In this document: positions 1-13,700 of the stretch, piece after piece
How the letters are laid out: every line of letters starts with the position of its first letter
Position numbering within the stretch: the stretch's first letter is position 1
Assembly (NCBI GenBank): GCA_002633005.1
Contig: NMRA01000058.1
Span: 629,188-693,187 of the forward strand
Origin: Phoronis australis
Taxonomy: Eukaryota; Animalia; Phoronida
DNA: 64,000 nt
Direction of reading: 5' to 3'
Program-made: the position numbers and the translations under genes
Notes under the pieces: model-generated
Told to the model about the DNA's origin: nothing
What the model saw: only the letters and a program-made list of their open reading frames with translations
Databases searched by the model: none

Positions 1-3000
1 TTAGCAGCCTCTCTTCTACTAGAAACGCATGATGCTTAGTAAAATGTTCACAACATTCAACAATAACAAACTTATGATAGGTAAACTTGAGAAAATCAGT
101 GTTGATTTTTCCTCTCACTCGGAGCTTATCAATCGCATCAGTCAAACTCGTGTTTTTCGAGCATATGCATACCAGGTGACCTTCATATTAATATCTACCT
201 TTCAATTGTTGAATAAATTCTTTATTTCGAAATTGTCTTGCTAGAAAGATGGCATTATTGGTGGAAAGAAATAAACTCATTTCAGCAAGCCGTGCTTTGT
301 AAACCTATGGAGTGATGGTCGACTGGTGAATGACGAACAATGCAATAGGTGTTGAATATTTCGCTCGGAACGAATTTAGCGGGTGAAGTCCTATTGATTT
401 TTTTTCAGATCTTTGTTTATCACACAAATATTGTCTATGAAGCTTTAATGTGTGAGGCCTAGATGACACCAGTTGTCATGCGTTTCCCATGGCCGCCGCC
501 AGAGCTTTATGATGTCCCGGAATTAACGATTGTTGTTTGAGAACGGCTATTGGTGTGTTCTTTACCACCTAGCGACACGCTGAGAACCAGCGAGGACTGC
601 TTGTAGAGTTTTTCGGTGAGCCTAGAATAACAATAATTGTGTGAGAACGACTATTGTCGGATCACCTCTCGGGAGATAGAGCTAGTTAGGGCCAGTAGTG
701 CAATCTCCGCTTTCAAGGGCCCTGCTACAAAATCAGCTTTGTTTTAGGGGACTAGCGAGTCGTTTTAGGTGGATGTAACGAAGCAATTCCGTCCCCGACG
801 GCGGACTGAGTTTGTCCGAGTTTAGTTCTAACATTTTACAATTAATTTTTGACTATCGCAAACAGCTAATAATATGCCCTTAGTTCAACTAAGGATCTGT
901 GAATGCACAATTGACTGATCAATAGCTGATAAACCAACATCACTGTGCTGAAATGTATAAACAGAAGACGGAGCTAGATTATCTAACGTGGAGAACGTCG
1001 ACATAAATTCGAGTTTAAGTTGGTGATACAATGGTTGCTCTCGATTGATTGTGCCGGTTCCACTGCGGGTCGCCCTGCTACTAAGACATCTGTTGGTTTA
1101 TAAGCAGGAAGTCGTCTTCGAGAACCAATCAGATGTCTTACCCAGTTCCTCTAACAAGGCCAGCGAAGAAAATCAAGTGTATGTAAGACTTTCCCTGAGT
1201 AAAAAATCTTAGTACAATAATACGGGAATAAATACTAGATTTATATCTCCTATACTTGAGTATGGGCACTGCACTATTGTCAGTACAAAAAGAAAAAGCA
1301 CCTGTAGCATTCACTCTCCAATGAAAAGCGGGAGCTTTCTAATGATATGCTAAGTTGTCTCTTCGTCCTGTCCACACACCTTATCGAACACTTCGTTCTC
1401 GAGTCATCAAAGCACACAACTTGGACTCCAGTTCAAATATTTCAAAATTGTCGAGTACTGATAAGGAGCCATTGAGCCTTTGATATCAATATTTATCCCG
1501 ATCTCAACCTTTTACACTCGCTGACATTAGGGCACGCTATGTACACATAGCTTGCCAATCTACAATTGGATTACCAGTGTTGCATGTCCTTGTGATACTA
1601 GTTATACAATTCAAGCCATGTTTATAAAAGATAGTAGTATTCACGATACGTGTAACTTTACAATATCAGTACAAGGTAGTGTCTTCGAACGGACCGTCGG
1701 AGGACTTGACTTACACACATCGTGATTCACGTTTTGTTTGCATCTTTAAGCACAAACCGAATAATCAACATAACTTAAACGTACAGATATTCTTAGGCCC
1801 AAACCATTGAACATTCGTCACCGTTTGAAAACATCCGAGACATGAGGTGGTTTCCCAATAAAAGCTGCATTTAAAATTAATAGATAATTGTTCAAATCTT
1901 CGCACTGCAGATTCGTATTTCACTACATAACTTCGCTCCTTGCCTGCGTTTAACTTTCCACGCGGCCTTTCCCTAGAAACTTGAATAAGCCGTGTGACTG
2001 AGTTAACCTCTTACTTGACTTTTGACTGATTCCTAGCAGGGGCTAAATTATTCTAATCTCTTCTGACTCGGGAGTCGTGGTAAAAATGCCGCAAGGTACA
2101 CCACGAAACGTAGCAACGAAGACTGGCCGTCACAACAAGGGTGAAGAATGGTCACCTCAACAATATAATGGGGAACTCGACATTTCACTGAGTGCAGCAA
2201 ATGAAACTAGAGACCTTCCGATGGAAATGTCTGAATTCAGATAAGTGCTCCGTCACGAAAGCATTATGTATTTTATTTTTTCATCGTTCGGGTCAAAACT
2301 GAATAACAAAAAGTCTATCTCATCGAATAATAATCGCAAAAATGTGAGTTTCGTCCGTAAAAACGATATTGTCCATTTAAAGTGGCATGGAAGACGAAAG
2401 TCCATGGCAATATTTTTTTATTACAAGTTCACCGTTTTTGAAAATGCACCTTCCTCTCACTGGGTACATACACGCGCATGCGCTTTCATCACTAATACTT
2501 CATATTTCATTCACCTGCGGGTCAACATGTTAAGATATCACGCTCCCAAATAAGGGAACTTGCATTACGTGACCATGCGAGCGCAGTGATCACCGTTTTG
2601 CAGATCTTTTTTGAATTCGAGACAGAGAGATAAGTACTTTTTATGGCATAAATATTTCAAATATCAAGAAAAGCATCTAATCTCAAAACTTAATTGAGCC
2701 CTGTTGAAATAGCCTTATTTTTACATTTTTGCTTTGGTTACGCTTAACAACCGTGAACGTACGAGGTTACACAAAAGTTGGTTGTCATTGATTGGCCGCC
2801 GATACGGTTGTACTCGCCGCTCGTTATCAATCAGATAAACGTCAATTTGTGCAAACAAAGTCGCGATCAAAGAATACTTATAATTGTTGTAAGGAGAGAT
2901 ACTATACTATAACATCTACCTAATTGCTTCGTAGCACTATTATTCCCAAGTAAAATAAGGGCAAAACTCAACAATGTACTTTTTGTACCATGGAAATATC

Positions 3001-6000
3001 TGCCTTTTTCGGTTCATACATTTATCATGCGAAAGTGGCCTCCTTTGATTGTCTTTTTAAAATGATATTTGAATTCTCACAAATGAAAAGTATAATATAC
3101 CCTCGTCACTGTAAAAGATTTCGTTGGCTTTGTCCTTAAACAACAATCATTCTATGAAAGTTAGTGTTCAGCTTCTTCATGAATGCGGGAATGTGGTCCC
3201 GTTAGGTGTCACCACTTCACGCACACGCCCCAAAGTTTTGTACGGCCTTGACTTTTTTCACAAAAATAAAAGTTCACTGATTTCACCTAAACCAACACGA
3301 CAATTAGTGTATTTCTTTTTTCTGTTGGTCATCCTTACATGAAAGTGACGGATCATAAATTTTAATTTTATAAGAACAGACGACACGCCCGACACACGAC
3401 CCCAGGTGTGTCAGTGTCGTGTAAGATTACAGTCTGTGGTAACTACAGCTGTATGGGAAAGTTTGTCCAAACAAATGAACCAGGAATGTCGAAACTGGCC
3501 GTGGCCGTGACTACAGTATTTTCTGAAAAAACTGAAACTGGTTTTACAGTGCGTTGTACCATGGACTTCCAGTATGCATACCGTAAATCTTCTGATAGGG
3601 GTCTCAGTGGGTGTTTATTAAGATGATTTCAGACGTGTTCCAGATCCGGCACGACGGTTTAAAAGACACGGCATCTTTTAGTCATGGGGACCCGTCGTTT
3701 TTTAGTTTCATGGGAGCGAATCTCCGACTTCTATGAGAAACCAGGCTTCTATTAGAAGCTTCACGGCAAGTACACGGTTGCGTTATAAAGATGAATGTTA
3801 GTGTTCCGTCTAGTTCACGTTTCTCATATTAAAGTTGGATATTGATTCAGTTAACATCACTCAAGGTGGTGGCCGTATTCAAAAGGTTATACTGTAATTC
3901 TGACTTGTGACTCCTGAATGAATGGTCAAACACTGTCACATTGTAATGCGGCCTTGTAATGAGAATCACCTGTGTACTTTTAAAATCTATTAATCATGTA
4001 CATATCAAGAGTTTTCAAAACTGATATTCAGGTCATTGATATTTATTCCAGTCGGTAGAAAAGTTAGAAATTTTCCTGACCTCATTGAATTCATTTTACG
4101 AATAAATATTCTCCCATTAAAAAGATAAATGGAGTTTTAGTGTTTTAAACAGTCATTGAAATATGTGCGCAAGTGACAAATAGATCATGAACTTGTTTAC
4201 TGGCAAAAATGAACGCTAGAATGACGAACTAACTGAAATTTGATTCCTTAAATCTTACTAGAACTCCAAGTTTATGGACACAGGGTTGTGTAAACAAATT
4301 TGTCTTGCGTCAAGTGCAATGCTTCACTAACGTATGATGTCCGTGCGTCGCGCTGTGGGCTGAACGAGTTTGACTTCGGCACGTCAGCTGGTATCATCCG
4401 GCCATTCACAACCCACGCAGATTTGGTTAAACTGTGAATTGCCTTTCAGGAGAGACTATTGTAACTCAATCTGTCAATATTCAGAGGATCATCCCTGAAC
4501 TTTTTATCAAGGTAGTTATTTAGTGGTCGTTATATGGGACGCAACAATGGAGAATCGAGTGTTAAAGCGTACTCTGTCGTCTCCATGTGAATCGGGAAGA
4601 GAGGTTGCGGGAGAGAATGATCTTGTGGAAAGGGGGTTTAGCCACAGGACAGACACACGTGCGAATCAGGGGACAAAGGGGCGCTTGATGGTAAGTTAGT
4701 CAATGCTTCCTGCCGGTAAAACTGTTTTCTTTATAGATTGCAAGTGCTTAACATTAATACTTCCACCCTGAAGTGGAATGGGTCGTGCAATGGTGATCGG
4801 ATTAAGATTTCTTATAAAAACCGACACAATGGAAAATTGTAGGCTTTGAAATCGGAAATTCAAATACCAATCACCGATTTGCGCCTCACGTGTAAGCCGC
4901 ATACCGTTCAATGATTTGTGCTTCTAGGTGAAATAAGGATACACCCAAAACAAACTACTACAGTAATAAATTATATCCCTTATAAAAGGTTTTTAAGCTG
5001 CTCTATGACATATCAAATGTTTGAAGAATCTAATCAGTGGTACATATTTTTCTAGATAGCCAAATGCCAGGCGTTAACTGTGATGTTACGTGGAAGCAAA
5101 TTCGTTGAGATGGGAGTATAAGATAAGATCAGATAAAATGAGAAAATATAAGATACTAACTTTTTAATTTTAGGACATAGTACATAAATTTCTAGTTGCA
5201 AACACCAACTGGTGCAAGTCAGTAAATAGTAGTTATAATATTGTCATTTATTAACGAACTGGTGATACATTAGACATGTACATATACATACAGTATATAT
5301 ATAATACAGATCACATATAAGGCCAGAAATGAGTAGTTAGTTCTGATCTCTACCAGACTCAATTCGAGATCTGCTCTCACCAGGGCTTGGAATTTTCTTT
5401 TTTTTTCAGATGATTTCCTTTTCTTGGTTTCAATTTCCTCTTATTTGATTTCCAGTTTCCTCTGTTTTGTCTCTTTTTATCATTATTTTGACTTTATTCA
5501 CGCAAAAACTTTTATTTCAGTTAAATTATGCAACACAAACATATTTCTTCCATTCAACCTATTTATTTGTTGAACGATACATGTACATCACCTGGAAAAT
5601 TTTCTTCTTTTAGTCATTGGTCATTCCAATCCCTGTTGCCGACTACACACCCACTCGCATCAATTTCAGTCAAGTCAGGGTGGAAAAGCTATACAAAAAC
5701 ATGTAATTGAAGGTAAACAAGGTTTGGGACGCCACGAGTAAAAAATAATCCAGTATAATTTTGCTCGTATCAGGTGGATTAACTTTTTTGAAAACGTCAG
5801 CAACTAAAAAATATCGCACTACCGACTTGCATAGTTAACGTGGTCACACATACGTCTTGGAAGCAAAGAACAAATTGCTCTCTAAAACACTGCATCGATA
5901 CTTGCAACCAAAACAAACGATTTCTGGGAATTCTGAGGATCAGATTACAGGTCGGTTAGATTGGCGGTATACGTTTTCTGCACTTTAAACGCTCCAGGCC

Positions 6001-6983
6001 CATACCTGAGAACGATAATACCATGGTGAACTACGACCGTTTCGTCTAAAGAGATGACTATAGGTTCATTTGGCTCATAAAAAAAATCTTTGCTTGGTCG
6101 TAAACCGATCGTCCTGTTTGATCTTTGTGATTGGTAATTTCTTTTACAAGTTCTAAATACTTTTCTTGAAGTTCTACACATTATATGTGGCACCATCCTC
6201 AGAATAACATACATGAACAGAGTGTCGTTATTCTTAGATGGGTGCAGTGACCAACTAAGCCACAACGACTGCCAGTGTTCAGTTTTGGGTCTGTCAGTAC
6301 CCGAGTTTGGTGTTACCGCGGTTTGGCCAAGAAACTGTCAGACTCAAAGATCACTAATCTGTCCGTCAGTTCCAAGAACATGCATATGTTTTCATGAGCC
6401 AAGGAGTCGACTTTGACATTGACTCTGTGGTTTAAACAGCCCTAAATTGTCTGTACAATGGACACGCTCAATTCTCAGGTGTCAGCAATTCTGTGCGAAA
6501 GCTTCTACAAACGCACAGTCAGTACAGCTTGCTGTACTTTTTTATACCTCCGAGTCAGTCAAATACTTTAACCTCAGACTGTACCACGTCCACACCAGAT
6601 CCAAGAATAGTAAGTGTTGCTCCTAGTAGAAGCTTAGATGACCGCTCTACTGCTTGCAACACGTACGGTGAAGTACAGCATGTGCTATTGATCCAGCACC
6701 CGACGAGGGTACCTAATCTGCGCTGGAGTCGATGTACATTTCATTGTTACAATGTTTGAATACTCAGGGTACATAGATTAAAGTTTCACGGAGTATGTTA
6801 CCTTTATTGTCACAGTACGCACCAACAACCATGACTTTGTCTCAACATATATTGAGTATAGTGAACACCCACCACAAAACTCGTGTCCTAGTACTTTAGT
6901 ACTAGTGTTGACCTTATGAAGCTTCATTATTCCACGACCTTACGAACTCCACAGTTATAATCGTGTTTGCTTAATGTGAGAGG

Positions 6984-7050
6984 AGGCAGTGTATCCTAGC
7001 GGGATAACTATTGCTTCCTTCGCAACGGTCGTGGGTTCGAGTCCACTTGG
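6984..7050 (+). mobile_element. tRNA-derived SINE head (degenerate)
   Basis: GAGGCAGTGTATCCTAGCGG (A-box-like) followed about 35 bp later by GGTTCGAGTCC (B-box). No complete cloverleaf. Confidence 0.55.
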
Positions 7051-7175
7051 GGTACACTGTTAGACCCTGTTCAAAGTCAGGTTTTGGGCTTCTCAGCTTG
7101 GTTTCAACTACACATCAATAAAGCATAACAATGTTTCCACGTGATCAGTGCAATGGGCCTACATGAGCCCATCTC

Positions 7176-7238
7176 ATGGGCTGCGCAGCACTGAAAAAAT
7201 GTGGGGCTCTATAGTCCCCCCAAGCTGCGCCGCCATTG
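7176..7238. mobile_element. Short GC-rich MITE copy, same family as 55153-55295
   Basis: CATGGGCTGCGCAGCACTGAAAAAATGTGGGG...GCGCCGCCATTG matches the element in the GH9 intron. Confidence 0.6.
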
Positions 7239-10200
7239 CACCTGTAGTTTAATTTGATTACGTTTAAGATTACACGTATCTTATGTATCCGATATTTGTG
7301 TGACCATTTTTTCATAATCTCACTATTACCACCATTGTCTTGAATATTTACTAAAATTGCATCACAAAATTAAGTGTTACGTATTGAAAATATTTTCCAA
7401 ATCATATTCTCTCATTTTATCTAATCGTATATCCTTATCGCTTATATTATTATAGTATATTTGTATTATGTTAATGTTTAGAGACGTGATGTCACATATG
7501 ACTTCTGGCACCTAGCTATGTATACTTATACACTACGCATATCAAAGACATACTGCAATCCAAACAGCTCTAAGATCCATCATATTGTGACGCTATTTAA
7601 TAAGGAGTTTTAATTGCTTTAATATCGGTTGATTTGTAACCATAAATTTATTGACATGATGATACCAGGCCATAATTTATAGTTAAGGCTGCGCATAAAA
7701 CTAAAAAAATCAGGTTTGGCCGGCTTCGGAACATCATATCTCAGAAATGACTGACCGGATTCACGCGATAGTACACTTAAATTATGAACTGTTCTCCAAA
7801 TCACTGATAGGAAGTTTTGTTGGAGTGTTCCATTTTTGCATGAGGGGCGATCAAAAATGCGACTTACGTGATTTTTGTGCATGAAACGAAAGCGAAATGA
7901 TAATTTAGAAAACTGTAACTGTTACAGTGTTTTTGAAAGATCTTTATATCATACAAAATTTGGATCATCTCAAGGGTTCCCTTCTTTTACGATTACGTAA
8001 AATAATTTTTGATTAAAAGTCACATGTTTGTCATGTCTCCACTGATGCGCGTGTCACCCAATAAGACAACAATACGAATCTTTGGTTATTTTGTGTGACT
8101 AACTGTTGAAAAATGTGTTTTTCTCTGTATGCGAAATTTTGTCACCCCGTAACGCGAGAGTGTTGTTTGTTTATTTAAAACCGGTTGCCTATATCGAGCC
8201 TTTGAAGAGACTGCAAACAATACGTCATGAGCAACATGTTGTATGAATGACGTCGTATTCCTTCCTTAACCACGCCCACTGTCTAGGAATGACACGGTCA
8301 ATCATGACGGGCAGGTAACTCGGTAATGAAATCGCCGTGCGTACGAGTGTCTTCAACGAGAGATTGTGTTGGGCGCCTGAGAGATAATAATCTTTCTTTG
8401 ACAAAGTAATGAGCACGTGAAGGAGAGAGGTATTCGATGTAGGCAGGTAAGATATACGTGGTGGAATTAGCTGCCAGTGTTTTGGTCATTGATGAAACAA
8501 CAGCGATGGTGAAGTCGCCCAAGTGTGTGACAGTGTCATAGAAGTACGTGTTGACAAATCAAACTGGCGGAACTCGCATCGGCTTCGAAAACGTTTCGAT
8601 ATAGCTCCACGTTATTTCTATTTCTACTTTGTTGTTCACATGTTGTTTTTATCGAAGGGAGACAAAATGTACCGCTTCATATCTTACTTTATTAGTCATT
8701 CTCAAATAGCACAAACGGTAAAAGCTGAAAAGCATTAACGACGGAAGCACCCGTCACAATATGAGCGAGGCTGAGAACCATGTTATTACAGGGTGTCACA
8801 CTTAATGAACGTCTTTGGGCTAAGTTGCCCTTTCCTCTTATTCCCAACTGAGATTTCAGAGCATTAAGCTCGCACGATCTGAGGACAGATTTGGTGTGTG
8901 TCCTCACTAACTGAGTGTGTCATAGATGTGACTAACGCGGTTAAAACATCCCGGAAGAGATGACTCGCGCCGATTGGTTTCATTCATTGATCAGTCTGTG
9001 GCTGTTTTAAAAATACTGGGCCTCCAATACTGGTCACCAAAAGCGTACCAGGTAAGATGGGGGAGCACTTTTGGACCGGGATTCAGGAGGCCCGACCAGA
9101 TCGGACCCGTTTGCACCTTTTTGAACCGGTTTTCAGATTAGTTCCGTGATCTATCCCTTTCGTAGGTATTCTTAAACAGTGAATTTTAACCCATTGAACT
9201 CGAAACAGGACAAGAAGAGATGCTATGTTGTAAAACATGAATACGAGACACATGCAACACTAAACAATTTTTGGAATAAAGACAATATTGGAAATCCTTG
9301 TGTGGATTGGAAAAGAATTATGAACTGTGAATCCCTTTTCCCACCTTTCCGTGGAGAATTCTGAAAGAAAGGGCACATTTTAAGGATAATGGCCGTGGAA
9401 AGTCATTCTTCTGAGCGGCACGTTCCGTATACCTCTACTGAGGGAGTCCATCAGTGATGTCTACGAAGTTGACGTGCCGAGCTGCTGCATACTATTGCGT
9501 ATGCATTGATTTGTATCTTTGATCCGTACACTTTGCCAGAGGCTTACGCAAGTGCAGGTCAGTAGGCTAAACCCGAGTTGCCTTTCCGGGGACATGTCAT
9601 ACTCCAGCACGACTGAAGCTATTGCGATCACGTGATTAGCATGTAAATGCATGGCGATAACTCGTGATGTCTTGGGTGATCTCGTTTTCACGACTTTCCT
9701 GTTTCTAGGATGCAGACCTGGTTCCAGTGCCCTATACGAGTTGGGTTGCTGAACTAGGCTAGCTTCAGATATGCCCGGTTAACGCGACCTAACGCATAAA
9801 ACGTAGCCATCACGTCTTGCCGCTCGTGAAAGGTGTCTACAATAAATGCACGGTTTATATAATGATTAGGAGATGGAACATGTTTGCAAATTTACAGAGT
9901 TGATGCTTCGATAAAAATGCATTTCAAATTTGCTGCTGAAGAATTTCGACTTAAATTATGTTAACGCGTAAATGAGTCTCGTATATTTCAAATCAATGCA
10001 AAATTCCCACTGCCTGGTCATTGCTTCGTGTCTCGTATATAGCTTTACCCATTTTGTTATTGAATTCGTAACAAAGAATCCAGCTCGCTTTAGAATTTGA
10101 CGCTCTTCAGTTTAATACAATGACATAGAACTCACAGCGATTTATTTTACAAACACACACACAAAGTAGACATATTTCGAAGACATGCAGATAAACGTGT

Positions 10201-10700
10201 CACTTTTGGAAGAAGTGTTATGGTTAAGTAATATTTTCTTAATGTATCACTGATAATATTTAACGAACATGTGTGTATGTCGATGTGTGAAGTACCCATG
10301 TAATTCACTCTTCACAAACAGTGACACAGCGTTCCATGCCAGTGAATAAATTTGCGTCACATTCAGAAAATCTCGGGTCCGGCCGCGGTCTTCACCTGGA
10401 AATAGAATCCTAGGTGTTCACGAAAGAAATATTTTTTAGAAATAGTCACGCCTGTGCACTTTAACAGCACGCCGTATAAAGGTACGCTTATGTTCAATCC
10501 GTCCATTAGAGATAATAAACTTAGACTTAAAGCTTTAGCAATTTTAAACTAAGGAAGTGTCTGCCTCAGAATGGCATTCTCTGCTTTCCAAAGATATTTT
10601 AATATCTTAAATGGTGTATGACCTGCATTAACTGTAGTACCTGGATAATCCCCGTAGTCACAAGAGATTTTCAATAGATTACGCTTTTTGCTTGCAGGCG

Positions 10701-13700
10701 ATGTATTTAGCGCCATGGAATGTTACACAACTGGAGCCGAGCAAGCCTCTACCCAAAAGGTGAGTTCTTGATGGACAGTCCGAATTGTTAGGAAGCATGA
10801 CTTAACTTCTGTCCTGTCTGATAAGATTTTAGGCAATTCAGCCAAACACTTGGAGACATTTTCGTATTGAAACGTTGAATATTGAATAAGACCCAGCTGA
10901 GAATGTTTTAAGTAACGTTATGGACAAGTCTGTGCATTTGTCAACTGCACTGTAGACTGTAGAGCTAAACCCAACTGTCTGAAAGTAAGAAATCTGTGGC
11001 CGGTTGCATGAAACAGTCCCAAATAGGGACTCAACTAAGGTCCCTAAGTCTTTTTGCGTATTTGTGTCTTAATGGACTCACAGATGAAATATTTTTCTAT
11101 CATTTCATCTTTATTATGAGCTCCTCTTTGATTAATGACATTTTCTAATAATATAACTAAAAACCGAACCCAGAATTCATCGAAAATAATTTGTGACTCA
11201 GTCCTTAAATTGAGGGTGTTACATGAAAAGATCCTTAATTATTTTCAATAATATTGACAATTCAACCTAGAGTTCACTCTTGATTTGTATCAAAGTAAAA
11301 AGTTGACTTTGTAATGAAACTAAAACAATACAAGAAAGGGCAATCGATGATTTCACAAGTCCAAAAATACGCCTTAGGTTTTTGGGAACTTAGCTGAGTC
11401 CCTAATAGCAACCGGGCACTGGAAACTTTCGTTTTGACTTCACACCAGTACGCCACTGACGGCGTCAAGTAACAACAACTTCCTAGTAAAATGAAACAAA
11501 AATGAAATGTACATTCCTAGCTGCATAACGGGTTTAACAATGAAAAATCTACTGATGTAAATATTCAAGATGCAATCTTAAAAACCCTGTTACACTTTTC
11601 TAGATTATTGTTTCTTTTCATTTCACAGCACCTTTCTAAAAAATCTTACAAATTCTAGTTTTTGACAGCATCTTAGGCAAAAATAATATGTTGAACTTAT
11701 GCCATCGGAACATCATGGCTGATCGGATTCAGACGAAACTTCCAGGCCATGCTAGAAATTGTTTTTAAAATTTCCGCTTTTTGCGTAAAGGGTTTTCAAA
11801 TTAGAACTTTTGTGATTTTTAGGAACAAATCTTAACGTTGTACGAAATCATAACGAAAGTATATTTTAGAAAATTGTAGCAGCGTTTTAGAGATCTCATC
11901 TTGAAGATTTATATCAAGTAAAATATGATCGTGCTAATGCCACCGTTATTTTGCTATCAATTTACTATTCGTTTTTGCTTAGTTTTACTTGAAGGCGTGG
12001 TAAAGTGATTCAATTAGTGTTTGATTGGAAAAAGTCAAAAATCAAATTTTACGGTCTCTCTACTTTCAGAAAATAAAAACTTTTACTGGATTAAAATCCA
12101 GTTTTTCTAGATATTTGATAAAATACCCAAACGGGACTATAAGGTTCTGTATGACCTTAAAGACAATTCGTATCATTGTTGTGCAGAACAGTTCATAAAC
12201 TTTTGTATCTGAAAGTTTCTATCATTTGAATCCGGTGATTAGTCGTTTCTGAGACATTCCGAGGTTGGCTAAGTTTCGAAATTCTCTATGGTTTCTCATG
12301 ACCTTGACCTTATGCAAAACCTTATCCACAAGTCGGTACATTTACCCAAATATCTACAAAACCGTAGAACTTAACTCAGCAAAAGTTGGATTTTTCTGAA
12401 AGTACAATGTATAAAGTCTATAGATTGATATCTTTGACTTCATTCCAATCTACCACTAAGTGAAAGACGTGAGCTTTCTAGTTTAGGGAAATTTAGAAAA
12501 AAAAACTGTTCATTTATGGCAAGACAACACCATCAGTAACGAGACAAAATTTGAAATCTAAAAATCGCTGCTACAGTTTTCTAAATTGTCGTTTGGTTTT
12601 GGTTTTATGCAACTTTAAAATTTGTTCAGAAGTCCTGGTTTTGATAACCCCTCGTACAAAAGTAGAACAGCGTTCAGCCATTTCTGAAATATGGTGTTCC
12701 GAAGTTGGCCAAAATTGTACATTTTACTAAGGTACTTGTACCTCCTACGTGACGTTAAAGATATATGCATACTTTCCAAGGCGATAAAGAGGATTTTACT
12801 GCAAACCACGACATACGTGTTTTTGTTTTCAAAATATACAAAACTTAAATTTAGAATTCGTAAATTTCCTTTCCGAATTTTCGGAGAGCTCCCCAAACGA
12901 AGTTGCAAATATTGCGTAATATACGAATTACTCTGCACTCTTTTGATTGATGAAATTCATTCCGAATTACAAATCTTAACAAAAAAGCAGAAGAGTGCCT
13001 CCGAGGCCAATGCAGACATTAACTAATATCTCATGTGTCTTAAACTGCAGGCGAAACGGGAGCGAGCCTTCATAAAATAGTATTCCACCTCAGGATGAAC
13101 CTCAACATGTTTTCGCGAGAACATCATTTGGTGTCTTTTGTTTTAGATCTCGAAGAGGAAGCAGAATCTTCAGGAAGCGTGTTGTCTTAACAATCGTGGC
13201 CATCCTTGCTGCGACATGTTGCTTTGTACAAGTGTACTTGCTCAATTGCTGCCATGGAATTGACAAAACTGCGAAGGTAGAGCTTCTTCAGCTAGGGATA
13301 ATACAGAGTGCTGCCGTAAGCGCCCAAAGACTTTCACCAAATATTCACATTCCGGTACCTGGAGGACCTACACCCGACATAGCAGCGATCCCTAGCGGAT
13401 GGGCGAATCAACTAGTCAACCAGCCAGCACACATTCTAGTCAAACGCGACGCAGCGATCACGCAGAATATTTCTATGAAATATCTCACACCAAACGAGAT
13501 CCTCAGGAGGACTGCTGTGGGGATTAAAACATTCAATCGACCAGACTGTCTGAGGTTAACGGTGAAATCGTTCAGGACCTTCTACCCAGAGATTGCCATT
13601 TTTGTAGCAGACGATAGTTTTGATGACGACTTGAAAAATATTACAAATGAAGGAATTCGTTACTTAAGACTTCCTCCCGATTCAGGTAAGACACCAAATG

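Noticed and set aside
4547-4690. Open segment MENRVLKR...GRLM followed by GTAAGT
   Set aside because: No downstream exon or recognisable protein could be linked to it.
6984-7050. Functional tRNA gene
   Set aside because: A and B boxes are present but there is no convincing acceptor or anticodon stem. Better explained as a SINE head.
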